Source of the DNA: Octopus vulgaris
Lineage: Eukaryota
Assembly: GCA_951406725.2 (NCBI GenBank)
Contig: OX597818.1
Location: forward strand, 108,872,001-108,936,000
DNA length: 64,000 nt
Direction: 5' to 3'
Both the position numbers and the translations under genes were made by a program. The first letter of the stretch is position 1. Each line of letters starts with the position of its first letter. Below are positions 26,473 to 40,311 of this stretch, piece after piece. The notes under the pieces were generated by a model that was given only the letters and a program-made list of their open reading frames with translations, did no database searches and was not told where the DNA came from.

Positions 26473-27974
26473 CTTTAATTTTATTGTTGTCATTTTTGTT
26501 GTAGTGAAAGACAAACTGTTGCATTTGCATTTAATTTATTTTAATTCAATTCCCTAAATTTTTTTTTTGCATTTTAACAAGAAACAATTGTGAATTGAAA
26601 GACCATGTTTTAGATTTTTTTATTTCAATAACCCTGAAGTTTACAATCCTAATCCTTTCGCAATTGTTTTTCTATCTGTTACAGTGACAAGTGGCTTAGT
26701 TTCAAATCCCATTCGAAGCCAATTCATTTCCCGACCCGAACAAACTGCTGTTGTTGTTTAGCCCTAGTTAGCTCTGACTGAACTGCCCCTTGATCAAATC
26801 TACTCGAGCTGTGACCATCTGGTCTTTTTAGAAGCAGGACTACACTACCTTCCTTTACTTAAGGCTTGATGGCAAAGAATTTAATTGTATCTTCAGTAGG
26901 TCAAGTACCCACATAAAAATCTTCATTGGATCCTCATAAATTGGTTTAAAAGGTGATTATCACTGGTGCTGGTGCCACATAAAAAGCACCCAGTACACTC
27001 TTAGCAATAGGGATTGGCAATAAGGACATCCAACTGTAGAAAGCTTGCCAAAATGGACAATGGAACCTGGCATGGCCCCTGCCCTTACCATCTGCTGTCA
27101 AACTGTCCAACCTATGTCAGCATGGAAAATGGATGTTGAATGATGATGATGATATCACTAGAATGTGGGTCTTTGCATTTCTTGGTTTAACATTTTACAT
27201 TCAGAACAATAACATATGTTAATTTCCTACCTGATCTTTGGTTAACAGCAGTTAGGTTTAGGTTTGACAGAAAGTAATGAAATCTTTTTTTTCTGCCATA
27301 ATATGAAAATATTGCAAGCCAGGAATTAGTTAGGAAGATTGATATCATTATTTGCAATACCTTGATATTCTGATAGAAAAAAAAAATGATTTCATCTTAT
27401 GGGACTTAATTACCATGAATGGAAGATGTAGTAAGAAAATAACAGATGCTATTAACCAAGAAAGTGAGACAGACAAATACAAAGGCACTGTTTTTAGTGG
27501 CACACTAACAATAATAATGATGAGGATTTTTAACATTTGGCCACAAACATGTAATTAATTTCAAAAACGTGACTGATATATATTTTATAGGATTGAGGAA
27601 TATAAAATTAATGTTGATCCTGGTGGAATTTGAACTCAGAACATAGACGGATGAAACTACATTATCTCAAGAGATTCTGTCTGATGTTCAGTCAGTTATG
27701 CCACCCACTTCCCAAATGGCACACAAACTCATTTTGGTGAGCTGGAAGAATCTTTAGCAAATCTTACAAAATGCTTAACAACATTTCTTCTTTCAAGCAA
27801 TGGGGTCAACATAATTGACTAAACCTCACCCCACTAAAAGGGCTAACCTGGTGCCAAAATTTGAAACAATCACTATGACGACGACGATGATGACAATGAT
27901 GATGATGATGGTCGTTGTCGTCATACAAGTCCTCCTTATCTTGCACCTTTTCCGTCTCTCCAAGAATGACATGT

Positions 27975-28285
27975 GAAGGCACATAGCTTAGTGGTTAGCA
28001 ATATTTGGCACATGGTCATAAGGTAGTGTGTTTGATACCCAGTTGCAATAGCTTCTATTTCACGTGGCTTTGGTCCACTCAGCTGGCAGAAATGAGTTGT
28101 ACTTGTATTGTATTTCAAAGGGCCAGGCTGGTCACATTCTGTGTCAAACTGAATCTTCCCGAGAACTACATGAATAATATGCATCACTGTGGTGTACTCA
28201 ACCACTTGTACATTAATTTCAAGAGCAGGATGTTCCATTGATTCGATCAACCATAACACTCAATTTTACTAACAGAGTGCCAGCT
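27975..28285 (+). mobile_element. tRNA-derived SINE, family C
   Basis: Head gaaggcacatagcttagtggttag; body matches the reverse complement of 41430-41763. Confidence 0.75.
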
Positions 28286-29833
28286 ACCAAGAATGGCTCA
28301 ATGGCCACCACAATAATGAAACATAGTTTCCTCTGGTCAATGTGACCTTTTGTCCCCAAAGAATAAGTAAAACATATATTTTGGTTGTACCTGATTCCTT
28401 AAAAGGATCTATCTTGTGCCCTGTTCCCAAAGACAACATGGTACAGCAATAAAACGGACAGATTATGGAAACCCAATGTGCCAATGCTAAGGTAATGAAA
28501 ACACCAGCTGCAGAAGCAATATGCAGTTTATGCGGTGAAAGGCAGAGTCTGCAGTGCATGTCAACATGCTCAAATGAGTCTTTCAGTGAATCTTCCAGTT
28601 AATTTAAGATTAAAGTAGTCAGAAAAAAACATAATGTATTAGATTAAATGAAATTAATTCAGAAGATCATTTTTTAAAATTTACATCCTGTTTCAAAACA
28701 GACACTTTAATCAACAAATCTAATGAATTAGAATTAAAACTCAGAGACATTAAACACTTGCAAATATTATTGTAGCTAACAACAAAATAGTTTCTCACTG
28801 GATAGACTGCTGACTGGTCTGATGGCCAACTATTCCATCTCGAAGCTTTGCTTTCACTCACTCAACTGCTGTTGTCCAAGCACAGCACTAACACAGTGTC
28901 ACCAAGTTTCCTTCGATTGAAGCATTTCATGGAATGTGATCCGAAGCATAAACATGGCTTATTAACTGGAATACACAACTTAATAATATCCCTTAATTGC
29001 TGTTTGATTGGATGAAAACAAGGATGAGTGAGTGAGAAGGGTTGGAAAGGAAATGGGGGTGTGGGCGTGCGGAGCGAGTGGCTGGAGGTGAGGGTTGTTA
29101 GTCACAAAGTAAAGCCAGCCAGGCAGGTGGTGCGGAGGAAATGGGAAGGCAAATTATGTTGATGGTTCTGCTTGATGACTTCTTGTAGCAGCCTTTCACA
29201 CCGGATGGACAGCAAGCATTTAGCACTTTTCAATTGTTTACAGGCAAATAATGTTGTGATGGTAGTGGTAATGATGGAAACTGATGGGTGCCGATTGTAG
29301 TGGTAGTTGTGGTTGGTGGTGGAGGTGGTGGTGGTGGTAGTGAAGAGAACTATAATGATGGACATGATAGATGCTGCTGTTTGTAATGGTAAAAGAGAGA
29401 TGAGCGATATGCTGGATGATTGTGAAAATAGCAGAAGAGGTAAAGGCTTTCATAACAGACAGTTTATGCTGATATTAACGAAGGAAGCTGATATTGTCAG
29501 TAATAATAGATTAAAGAGGGATTAGCTGGGGTAACTAGTGTAATTAGTACTGATAAGGTGAAAGTAGTGGTGGCGGTGGGAAAAATCCGTCCGTCTCTAC
29601 CACCAATCCATACACTATATTCCAACTCTGTTGTGGAATCTGATCTCTGTACTCTCAGTGTAGTAACAAAGATTTCTATTTAATGCAGCTCAACAGCTCT
29701 CTTCCTCGTGTCTCTGTCTGAGGTCCCTACTCCTCTCTGAACACCTCCAACCATCAGCAACTGTTTGACTGTGTATAGCAATTCACCTGAAGCCATAATT
29801 CCTAATACACAACTCTCCTTGGGGCTCTCACAC

Positions 29834-29998
29834 TTGGGTGTAGGTTATGGGTATGGATGGTGATGACAATGGCCAGTGCAGGCTGTTGTAAATAGTAAAG
29901 GATTCCATTTCTGCACCAGAAATGGAATCATTTACAACTTCAAGCAGCCCTGCACTGGCTACTATCATCACCATTCACACCCATGACCAACATACCAA
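29834..29998. repeat. About 165-bp imperfect palindrome between 18-19 bp direct repeats
   Basis: Perfect 13-bp core stem 29901-29913/29917-29929; outer arms pair; aattcc(t)taatacacaact at 29797-29814 and 29997-30015. Confidence 0.9.
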
Positions 29999-30763
29999 TT
30001 CCTTAATACACAACTGGCAGAAGTACTTCACCTTTGACCCCTTTCAACACTCTTACCATTCATATCCTTCTCTATATCCTTCACACACCCAAAACCAAAA
30101 CATACTTCTCTCACAATTGCATTGCAAATGTACAGAATAATGATGCTGCTTACTACAATTCTAGAAAGTTACCATCACACACTAATTCCCAACACTGCAA
30201 TATACTGCCATTGTTGCCCCATAACTCCAAAAGATCTCTAAAAACTTTCCAGAATATTCCTCTCTGTAAGTATTCATCTAGCTTCTATGACCCTTAAACA
30301 GTGCACTCCACTGCCAACTCCTATCCAAAGAAAACTTTCCAATTTTTCTGTTTCCACAGGTATCAGCTCTCATCTTTATGCTCTGACGGCACTTCCTTAT
30401 GCTATTCTGTGACTCATTTTGAAGAATGCCCATTTCTCTAAACTTTCTCTCACTTTCAACACCTGAAAAGTGATGAGTCAAGTTGCTAACCACTACTTCC
30501 TTTGTCTCTAACCTCTTTATAACCACAAGTAGACATTCTTTGGCATCAGATCTACTGTGAACTTACCTGTTAAAGTCACATGCCAATGTTTCACACTCTG
30601 AAGAACTTCAGTGAAAGCAACCTTATGGTATTTGATACAAGCAGATTCTTTGAATCTCACCGTGTCTGGGATGAGAACATTTCTGCTAAGTTAAGGTGGT
30701 GAGCTGGCAGAATCATTAGAACGCTGGTCGAAATGCTTAGTGGCATAGTATAAATATATACCT

Positions 30764-30995
30764 ATTTCTTTACTACCCACAAGGGGCTAAACACAGAGAG
30801 GACAAACAAGGACAGACAAACGGATTAAGTCGGTTATATCAACCCCAGTGCACAACTGATACTTAATTTATCCACCCCGAAAGGATGAAAGGCAAAGCCA
30901 ACCTTGGCGGAATTTGAACTCAGAACGTAACGGCAGACGAAATACGGTTACGCATTTTGCCCGGCGTGCTAACGTTTCTGCCAGCTCGCCGCCTT
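30764..30995 (-). mobile_element. Young tRNA-derived SINE, family A, with 19-bp TSD
   Basis: Head ggcggcgagctggcagaaacgttagc, B box gagttcaaattcc; TSD atagtataaatatatacct at 30745-30763 and 30997-31015. Confidence 0.93.
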
Positions 30996-31899
30996 TATAG
31001 TATAAATATATACCTGTGGTATCTTATATATCTATATATGTAGATACATGTAGTACCTGTAAGAATATATTTTCCATATGTAAATGAAGTCACATTCTTT
31101 CCCAGCACTCAATACAAGTTTAGAATTCATGAAGTGGATAAGTTAAAAGTAATGACCGTAAGTTTAAAGTTAACCAATGATTAACAATGTGTCTAATGAT
31201 GAATCACAACAAAATAAATACATAAAATACAAATAACAAAATAATACATAAAAAAAAAGCATTTAAATATTTCTAGAAACAAAAAAAAAATCAAAAGAGA
31301 TAGGTGTATGTACACACACTTATACACACATGTGAGTGTATATGCATGTGTGTGTGTGTGTGTGTGTATGCGTGTGCGCACGCCTAATATCAAATTCTCT
31401 ATCTAGAGTGCTGTTAGTCTCTGACACAACAACTTCCTTTCTGCCTAATATCCACATAACTATAAAATTATCAGTTTCAGATAATCCATTTAGATTAATC
31501 CTCATATCAAATACTATATCTAAATTGATATCAACATCACATAGTATATCTTAACTGCTTTTGATATCAAAGATATGTTAATTAGCAGCCATGGATGATG
31601 GCATACTGTCGTTATCTCAACACACAAGGTTGAAATGAAAGCCAGCTTTCCAGCATTATTAAGTTTAGAACATCAAACATATTCAGAGTAAACTAGTTTT
31701 CCCTGTTTTCTGTATGCGTATATGTATGTTTATATATGTGTATGTATGATATAGGTTGATATAGAATATTTCTGAAAACTTCAGCACTTTAGGTAGTAAC
31801 TTTATAATAGTTTGAGGTGCTGGGTGAATAAGATAAAGAAAATACAATATCATCATATATATGTATATGCATCATATTAGATGTGTGTGTGTGTGTGTA

Positions 31900-32106
31900 T
31901 ATGGAGCAACTGTCTTTGAAGACTCATATTGTCGTTGAATGTTCGAAATGAGGAGCAGATAGAGAGCCAACAACAGATGAAGGGTCATTTCCCTGTGTTT
32001 ACTTGTCCAGTTTTCTTTTTTTTTTTCTCATCGTTTACGTATTTAACTCATTTATCTACATATTTCATGTTGTTTACACAGTTGGTGACATCCCGTACCC
32101 ATACAT
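31900..32106 (+). mobile_element. Microsatellite-associated dispersed repeat (unclassified, possibly Penelope-derived)
   Basis: Similar to 45312-45640 (inverted), 48802-49142 and 44742-44892. Confidence 0.65.
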
Positions 32107-32124
32107 ATATATATATATATATCG

Positions 32125-32415
32125 ACTCGTGGCCGATGCCAGCGCCGCCTCGACTGGCTTCCGTGCCGGTGGCACGTAAAATACACCAATCCGACCGTGG
32201 CCGTTGCCAGCCTCGCCTGGCACCTGTGCAGGTGGCACGTAAAAAGCACCCACTACACTCACGGAGTGGTTGGCGTTAGGAAGGGCATCCAGCTGTAGAA
32301 ACATTGCCAGATAAGACTGGAGCCTGGTGCAGCCTTCTGGCTTCCCATATCCCCGGTCGAACTGTCCAACCCATGCTAGCATGGAGAACGGATGTTAAAC
32401 GATGATGATGATGAT
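32125..32415 (+). mobile_element. Young RTE LINE 3' UTR copy
   Basis: CpG-rich gtgccggtggcacgtaaaa units and (GAT)n tail. Confidence 0.88.
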
Positions 32416-33109
32416 ATCTATATATATACACACACACACACACACACATGTGGTCGCATGCAAGACTGTGTCGTTCACTTCACAACACCATGTTTTCAGG
32501 TTCATTCCTGCAGCATGTCACCGGGGACAGTAATCTTTGGGCTGACCAATGCCGTGTGAGTGAAACTGGAGCACAGAAACTGTTTGTTTGTGTGTGTGCA
32601 GTCTTTGCATGTACACCCGCTTGTATTTTGGGCCTCTTTCTCTGCTGCATAAAACAATGTGAGTAGCAAAAACATGTTGGATTACAGAAGAAATTTGCTA
32701 GATCTTGTTGCAGTTTGAACTCTCATTTACTATAAATTGCATGCTTTCAATTTCTTAAGCAAAAACCAAAATGGTTACCCATCGAATAAAAAAAACAAAA
32801 CTGAAGGAAAGGAACAAGAAAGAATGAGAAGAAAGTTAGAATGGAAAGAAGGGGTCATAATGGCTTCAATTGGATGTGCATTGGCAATGGAAAAATATTT
32901 AGGGTTTATTTATAAAAAATGTAACATTCTGTCAGATGTAATGAGTTATCCAACATTAAAGTCATATTAATTTGTACAAGAAATGTTTTTTTATTAGATT
33001 TATGCAAAAATCTGCCTGTGTATAAGATAGGGAATTGTGGGAGAGGGTCTGAATGGATTTTTAAGTGGTTGGCTGTATTTGAAGGGGATATCTTGCGAGT
33101 TTGCTTCTT

Positions 33110-33490
33110 TTTTACCTTTAACTTGTTCCATTCGTTAGACCATGGCCATGCTAGGGCACCACCTTGAAGAATTTTAGCTGAATTAGTTGACTCCAGGACT
33201 TTTTTTTAAAGCCTGGTGCTTATTGTATTGCATTTTTTTTTTTTGTCAAACTGTAAAGATACAGGGATGCAAACACATCGGTTGTCAAGCAGTGGAGGGA
33301 GGGGCAAACACACACACATACACAACAGGTCGCTTTCAGTTTCCATCTACGAAATTCACTCACAAGGCTTTGGTTAGCCTGAGGCTGTAGTAGAAGACAG
33401 CTGCCCAAGGTGTCACGCAGCAGGACTGAACCTGGAACCATATGGTTGAGAAGAAAAACCTTCTTACCACATAGTCATGCCTGCACCTAC
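33110..33490 (-). mobile_element. tRNA-derived SINE, family B
   Basis: Reverse-complement similarity to 24156-24567. Confidence 0.8.
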
Positions 33491-34856
33491 AGTTTAACGA
33501 CACACTCCACATGTTAAATGGTTATCTATGTAACATGGTCTATAGAGGTCTGTCTAAAAGGCGTTTTGATGGGCCAAATATGCCTAATGATCTCTAGTTT
33601 ATAGAAAAATGTTTTGGAAAAATTCCGACTACACAAGGTTAACACTTACCTTGGCATGCACTTGACCGTAGCAATCTAGATAGACATATTAGAAACCTGT
33701 TTGGATATGGACCTTCACAAACCTCACATCTCATCACATATAGCCTTTCCATATAAAACCATAACACATACAATATACCATTAAACTTAGATGATACCAT
33801 CTTCAAGCATATCTGAAACATAGAAACCCCTTGAGAGAGGCCACCACGATTCCCCATCTCATGTACATTTTCACACAATTTCACACAAAAACATCTCTTA
33901 TACGAATTTATTTGGTTTTGATATCAGACACCAAATTGCATATAACAGAGTATCACATTTGTCTATCAAATAACTTTCTGCAACTATTTTCCCATTGAAA
34001 ATGCAGTCAAAACAAAGAGGCATAATTTGACTTACAAAACGAGAAAATGTCTCTTTCATCTCCTTCTTGCTTCCTTCTCTCTCTTTTTTTTTTTTTTTTT
34101 TATATGTGAAGCCACTTTGTGACCAAGGGAATGAATGGCATGCAAATTTGTACTCCATTAGTTCAAATTACAACCTGGCCATAAAACTTAAGCAGTTTAT
34201 TTATTTAACATAAATCAGCATCATCATCATCATCATTTAGCATGGGCTGGATGGTTTGATCCAGGCTGGCAAGCTGTACCAGACTCCATAGTTTCTATGG
34301 TTGGATGCCCTTCCTAACACCAACCACTCTGAGAGTGTAATGGGTGCTTTTACATGCCATTGGCAGGGATGTCATTTGCATGGCACCGGTATCTGCCATG
34401 ACTGCGACTTTACTTAGCTTGATAGGTTTTCTTCTCAAGCACGACATAATGCCAGAGGTCCTGGTCCTCCATGAGGCCCAACACTTGAAAGGAGCTTTTC
34501 ACATGCCACCAGTATCGGCCACTTCACCTCTGTGAGGCCCAATGCTCAAAAGGTGTTGATTACATGTCACTGGGTGCCAGTTACATGACATCAGCAGACT
34601 GAATAAAAAGCATTTCAAACTCTACTGTTGGCATTGAATTTTATCTGCTTGTTGAATGTTCACCCAGTCACAGATGTGTGTGTCGTCATCATTTGATGTG
34701 CTTTCCATGCTGACATGGGTTGGATAGTTTGACAGGAGCTGGTAAGGCCAGGGGCCATGCTAGGTTCCATTGTCTGCTTTTCCTAATGGCAAACACTACA
34801 GAGTCGACTGGGTGCTTTTTATGAGGTGCCACCACTGATAGGGTCACCAAGTACCT

Positions 34857-35087
34857 ATTTCTTTACTACCCACAAGTGGCTAAACACAGAGAGGACAAAC
34901 AAGGACAGACAAACGGATTAAGTCGATTATATCGACCCCAGTGCGTAACTGGTACTTATTTAATCGACCCTGAAAGGATGAAAGGCAAAGCCAACCTCGG
35001 CGGAATTTGAATTCAGAATGTGACGGCTGATGAAATACTGCTAAGCATTTCGCCTGGCGTGCTAACGATTCTGCCAACTCGCCGCCT
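34857..35087 (-). mobile_element. Young SINE, family A, with 17-bp TSD
   Basis: TSD agggtcaccaagtacct at 34840-34856 and 35091-35107; inserted next to or into an RTE-tail copy. Confidence 0.93.
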
Positions 35088-35845
35088 ATAAGGGTCACCA
35101 AGTACCTTGAAGATGTCCCCACACATGCATGTGTGCATGCACACACACCCATCTATGCACAAATGCAAATTTTAATTCCACCTTTAATGCAAAACTCTGT
35201 ACCACATCAGACAATTTCAAATGTTAAAACTCTCAAACTCTTATTTATTTATTAAAATGACTTGATACTTTCTTTCAATGGAAAATAGAATAAAGGCAGC
35301 AAACCATCTTAAACTTTTCCTACAATCCACTTTAAGCTTGGTGGCCATCCACACCAATACCTTACTTGATCCTCTCTCACAAGAAAAAAATATTTATTTA
35401 TAAATTAACCATTTTTGGTCAGCATCTCTACATCTATATCTCAGTTCTGTTAAACAGCCTGTTGCCCACTCTCTTAAGCCACACATTCAATGAATCAATG
35501 CATTACATGCTGTGTGTACATACACAAGCAATCCTACGCAAGGAGTCAATTCAACTACAACCACACTTGAATTCTTTCGCTCCAACTTTTAGTAGCCTAC
35601 CACTACCACTACACAAGTAGCAGGAAAACTTCAAAGATTAAAAAACAAATTGAAAATTGAAAGAGAATGAAAAAAGGGGAAAATAGAAACGCAATTACCT
35701 GAAACAAAAAAAAAATTACTCAAAGAATCTGATAAGGAAAAAAAAAAAACTGGAAACAGAAAAGGTGGGGAAAAAAGTCAATAAAAAAGAAGAAAATATA
35801 ATATGTCGCCATATAATCTAAAAAGTTGGTAAAATTGCAACTCAC

Positions 35846-35959
35846 CTCGATTGAGGATATTTTGAAATACACTTTCAGGTGTTGAATCATTAAATGGTGG
35901 CACACCAGTGAGAAATTCAAACATACACACACCGAGAGCCCACCAATCAACAGCTTCAT
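35846..35959 (-). CDS. MASTL: Internal exon of Greatwall/MASTL Ser/Thr kinase (subdomains IX-X)
   Basis: Translates (D)[37 protein letters not shown], nearly identical to the MASTL segment I recall ([36 protein letters not shown]). Acceptor ttttgttttatgtttacag and donor gtgagt; 114 nt, phase 1-1. Adjacent exons not found. Confidence 0.92.
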
Positions 35960-38900
35960 CTGTAAACATAAAACAAAACAAAGTGATCTACACATGTATG
36001 TATATATAAGCATGTATGTATATCTGGGAAATAAAAAACTATGAGAGAAACTAGCATCTCTGTTCAGAGTGTGTGTGTTGGAAGCTCTAATAGAATTAAA
36101 ACTATCTACAAAGAAAATTACATGGAATTGCTATGTTGCAACATGTCTCCACAGTTCTTTGTGATACAGAGAAAACTATGTTATATTACAGTTACATTGA
36201 CTTTTGCAGATATTTTCCAACCTTATTTCTGAGAGATAGCATGGCAAGAATGAAGAGGAGGAGGGGGGGATAGGCACTTTTTTTTTTTTTTTTTTTTTTA
36301 CAGTGAAAGATAACATCAAGTAAAATGAAATACTTTGCAACAAAAAAAGAAAGAAAACTGGTTTAAAAAAAATGAAAAAATTCACTTCGAAAATAATTAC
36401 TGTTCTTAAAAACGTAATTTTAAAGCTCACATTTTTTTTTTTTAATGGAAATGAAATAGTTAGTCACTGACATCATCATTGCTGTCATCAAAACTAGAAT
36501 TGTCATCATCATCATCATCACCATCACCATAACCATCTTCTACATCACTTACATTACTGACAAGTCATCAATACCTCTAATCATTAGAAATATCACCAAC
36601 ATCGCCTGTGATACCACTGCAACCATCATCATCATCATCATCATCATCATCATGGGCATCATTTTAACTACATTGCAATTACTACCACTAACATCACTGC
36701 CCATCTCACACAGGGACTTCGATGTTCACCGATACCATCGACAGCTTCCCTTGGTGTTAGAGGACTCTGCAAAACCCGCACCATCAAATCCAAGCATACA
36801 CTGATTGAATAAATTACATCTCCTGACATTATTTCCAAAACAAAATGGAACCTAAAACTATTGGTACAACAGTCCAAATTGTCTCTTTTGTTATCGGTAC
36901 ACACAGAACAATTAAAAAAAATCTGGATGCAATACCCCAGGCTTTAGGTTTACCAGATATATTAAGATGTGTGCAAATAGCCGTGAGGCAGGTGTGGTGT
37001 GTTTGAGCTGTGGGCAGGAGCTAAGGAATAATTACACACAAGCTGACTGTAAAAGATCTGTGTTGAAGGACAAGATGAACAAGACTTTTAAATTTTAGAA
37101 CAAAGCAGTCACTTTGGGGGAAGGGTGCTGGTTGATTAGATTGACCCCAATGTTTGACTGGTACTTTATTTTATTAGTCCCTCAAAAGGATGCAAAGCAA
37201 GGCTGACCTCAGCAGGAGTTGAGCTCAGAGTGTGAAAAGCTGGAAAAAATACTGTGAAATGTTTTGTTCAAAGTGCTAACAATTCTGCCAGTTTATGACA
37301 TTATATTATTATTGTATTCCCATGCCAGGAATTGAACCCAAACTGCCTGGATGAAAGCCAAGAATCCTAACAACGAAACTACATAGCAACATCAACAACA
37401 ACATACAAGCAACATTTGTCATCTTATACATTTAGATGTACAAAAGGTGGGAGCGAAACAAACAATATAAAAAAGGTACAGCCACTCACTGAAACCAGCA
37501 TCTGCTGCGTTACATAGAAAATGGTAAGGTGGGCAAAGGAATCGGTCAATTGGCTTAATAGTAAAAAGTTCATACCTCCATCAGTGACACTAAACAAATT
37601 CCTCTTCCCACATACTTTGTTGCAGAAATCAAGTGAATGAATGACAATGGAACCACCAAGATTGCTAGCCAATCTTGTCGAAAGCAAATAGAACAAACAA
37701 TAAGATAAAAAAAAAAAGAGAAGAAATTTAGACAGCTGGAAATTTTCTTTTTTTAGGAAAAGACAAAAGGGGATCTAAAAATGGGAGATGAAAGCTAACA
37801 CATTCTTTTCCAGTTATATTCAGTTTTGGTTTGGAAACAAAAATAAAGGACAAAGGGAAAACAAGAAAAATATAGCCAGTTGTTAAAAGTGATGGTGCTA
37901 GGAGTGTGTGTGTGTGGGGGGGGGGGGTGAGAGTGCTTATGGACATCATAACCTTCTATATCTTTAAATCCAGATTTGCTTTTGGCTAAAAGCTCTTTTG
38001 CTGTTGTTTGCATTCTCTGCTTATAATGTTGCTGGCAATGGTTGTGGCAACATGAATGTGTATGTGTATGTGTGTGTGTGTATGTGCATGTGTGTGGTAT
38101 GTTCTTATATTGTGTCTGCAAACTGTGTGGATATGTTTGTATTGTGAAAATGTAATGAAATATGAGTATGCTTGTACACATGTGTGTGTATGTGAGAGAG
38201 AGAGAGAGAGAGTGTGTGAAAGATGAAAAAGATAAGACCAGATGCAATGGAAAAGGGAGTGTATTTTGTGGTGTGCATGTGATGCAAAATAAGTGTTGCA
38301 TTGAGATAATTTGCAAAGAAACAAAACAAAAATGCAATGAACCAACAAATAAAGAAATAAAAATGTGAGATGTGAGGTCATCAGCTGACCATGCTTCAGA
38401 TAATGTAGATAATCTCATTCCTACCTGCTACACACACACACACACCTCACTCACTCTCGGGAGAAAAGGTTTGGTTGAAGACAGACAAATACATCGACAG
38501 AGAAGCAGTCAGTCATACAATTCTGCCACTCATTTTTGTCGCTTCCTTGGAGGGAGTAAATACAACAGGAAAGAAACATTTTTTCCGTGCATGCACACAT
38601 GGGCGTGGGTGTACGCGTGTGCATGTGTTGTTGTTGTTGTTGGCTTTTCTGAGTTTCCAGATCCTAAGGATTTGGCAGCATTGATATGCGTAGTTGAAGA
38701 TTTGTACGTTTCACCCACCTCCTAATGAAATAGGGAGTGGGAAGAGAGGGAGGCAGAGTGAGAGAGAGAGAAAGAGAGGGCTAAATAACATTTATCTTAA
38801 GGTTAGATTATTTTTTTCTTCTCCCAGTTTCCAGTAAAGCCACCTGCTACCGTGGCCAACAACAACAACACACACTGCTACCAGCCACAACCACAGCCAC

Positions 38901-39984
38901 TTAGCTGTTTGTGGATTTTCCCCAACAGCTTATCAACAACTCCACTATGTTAGACACAATAACAGTGCAATGTTCCAAGTGTCTTTTGATGCCAACCCAA
39001 ACTCATTTTGCTTTTATCTATTTCTTTTTCCCAGCGCATACAATTGTATACATGTGTATGTGAAAGCCTGCTTTTCTTGGCAGAATCTCAAGAAGTCTAT
39101 CTTCCACTTGTCAAATATAATGCTTTTGTTTGAATATGCCACTTCTCTTCATACATGGCATGATATGCACAGATATATATATACACGCATCACAAACAGT
39201 TCCTGGTTGTGTATTGAACATGATGAGGACTTTTACTTCTAATTAACAGAAGTTTCCGAGAATGGCAATAGTATTTAATCCAAGAATAACATGTCATGTT
39301 ACATGTAAAAACCGTTTTTCCGTTAGCTTTAGCAATCAAGGTACCAGCCACATCTTTCAGTGTACTTATTACATTTCCAGTTGAGCTTTTCACACATGCA
39401 GCCAAATAATGTCAAATGTCCCGAAATTTTAATGTTAATGACAATGTTCTCCAGATTGTATACACTGCTTCAATACCATTTCTCTTTGGTTAGATGTTGA
39501 ATGCCAACTTTGGTTCAATTAGTCATAAAATCCTACAGCAGTGGATATATTTACTAAGATGCTTCTCTTGAGCTCTCCCGATGATATACTCAATACCGTG
39601 AAATGCTGAGTAATATCATGGCCCAATACCCTTATTCAATGTGAAAAGTATTTCAGTATAAGACACTCAGATCAATCCAAGGATTCACTTTTTATATTTA
39701 TTATCACCAGATAAAATCCAGAGATTATTCAATAGACAAAACATACTCTTGATAATATTGGGTTTGATCTCAATAAAAAGAAATTTTGATTAGTAAGATA
39801 TAAAATGCCTAAGCTACTAATAGATTAACAGAGTTGCTTGAATTTTTAGCATGTAGCATCTAATCCTCATCTTATAAACCTGCAACTTATTACCACTGCT
39901 AATAATGAGACATACTAACTCGTGTGTTTGATCTCTAGCTCTGGTTTTTGAAATTCTAGTTGAGAAATTAATCTTTATCTTCTA

Positions 39985-40311
39985 CTAGCAGTATCGCCCG
40001 GCACTGCTCGGGTTTATTTCAGCCCTTTAAGTGAACATTTTTCTGGTTGAAATACACTGAAAAATGGCAACACAGCAGTCAAAAAGTAGGGATTTTCATA
40101 GAAAAAAAGCACCTTTTTGATGTAAATAATTTTTGGTGTTAACATGGTCCAATTTGAATTTTTTCTTCTACGGAAAGAAGAGCAAGCCTTCTTCTATCAT
40201 ACTCTCAATTTTGGTCAACTTGCGCCACAGGGTCTCAGAGGAGATAGTGTTAGTTGAAGGCTACCAAACCTGCCAGACACAGACAACTTCAGCTTCATAT
40301 ATATAGAGAGA
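39985..40311 (-). mobile_element. Non-autonomous Helitron (327 bp)
   Basis: Minus strand: A|TCtctctatatatatgaagctgaagttg ... cccgagcagtgccgggcgatactgCTAG|T. 5' TC, subterminal hairpin, CTAG end, AT target, no TSD. Confidence 0.88.

Noticed and set aside
37795-38418. 207-aa minus-strand ORF near the MASTL exon
   Set aside because: Built largely from (CA)n/(CT)n repeats; no kinase motifs.
38530-38722. Strong pyrimidine tract plus AG on the minus strand
   Set aside because: The tract derives from a (CT)n repeat; no MASTL similarity and no convincing donor.
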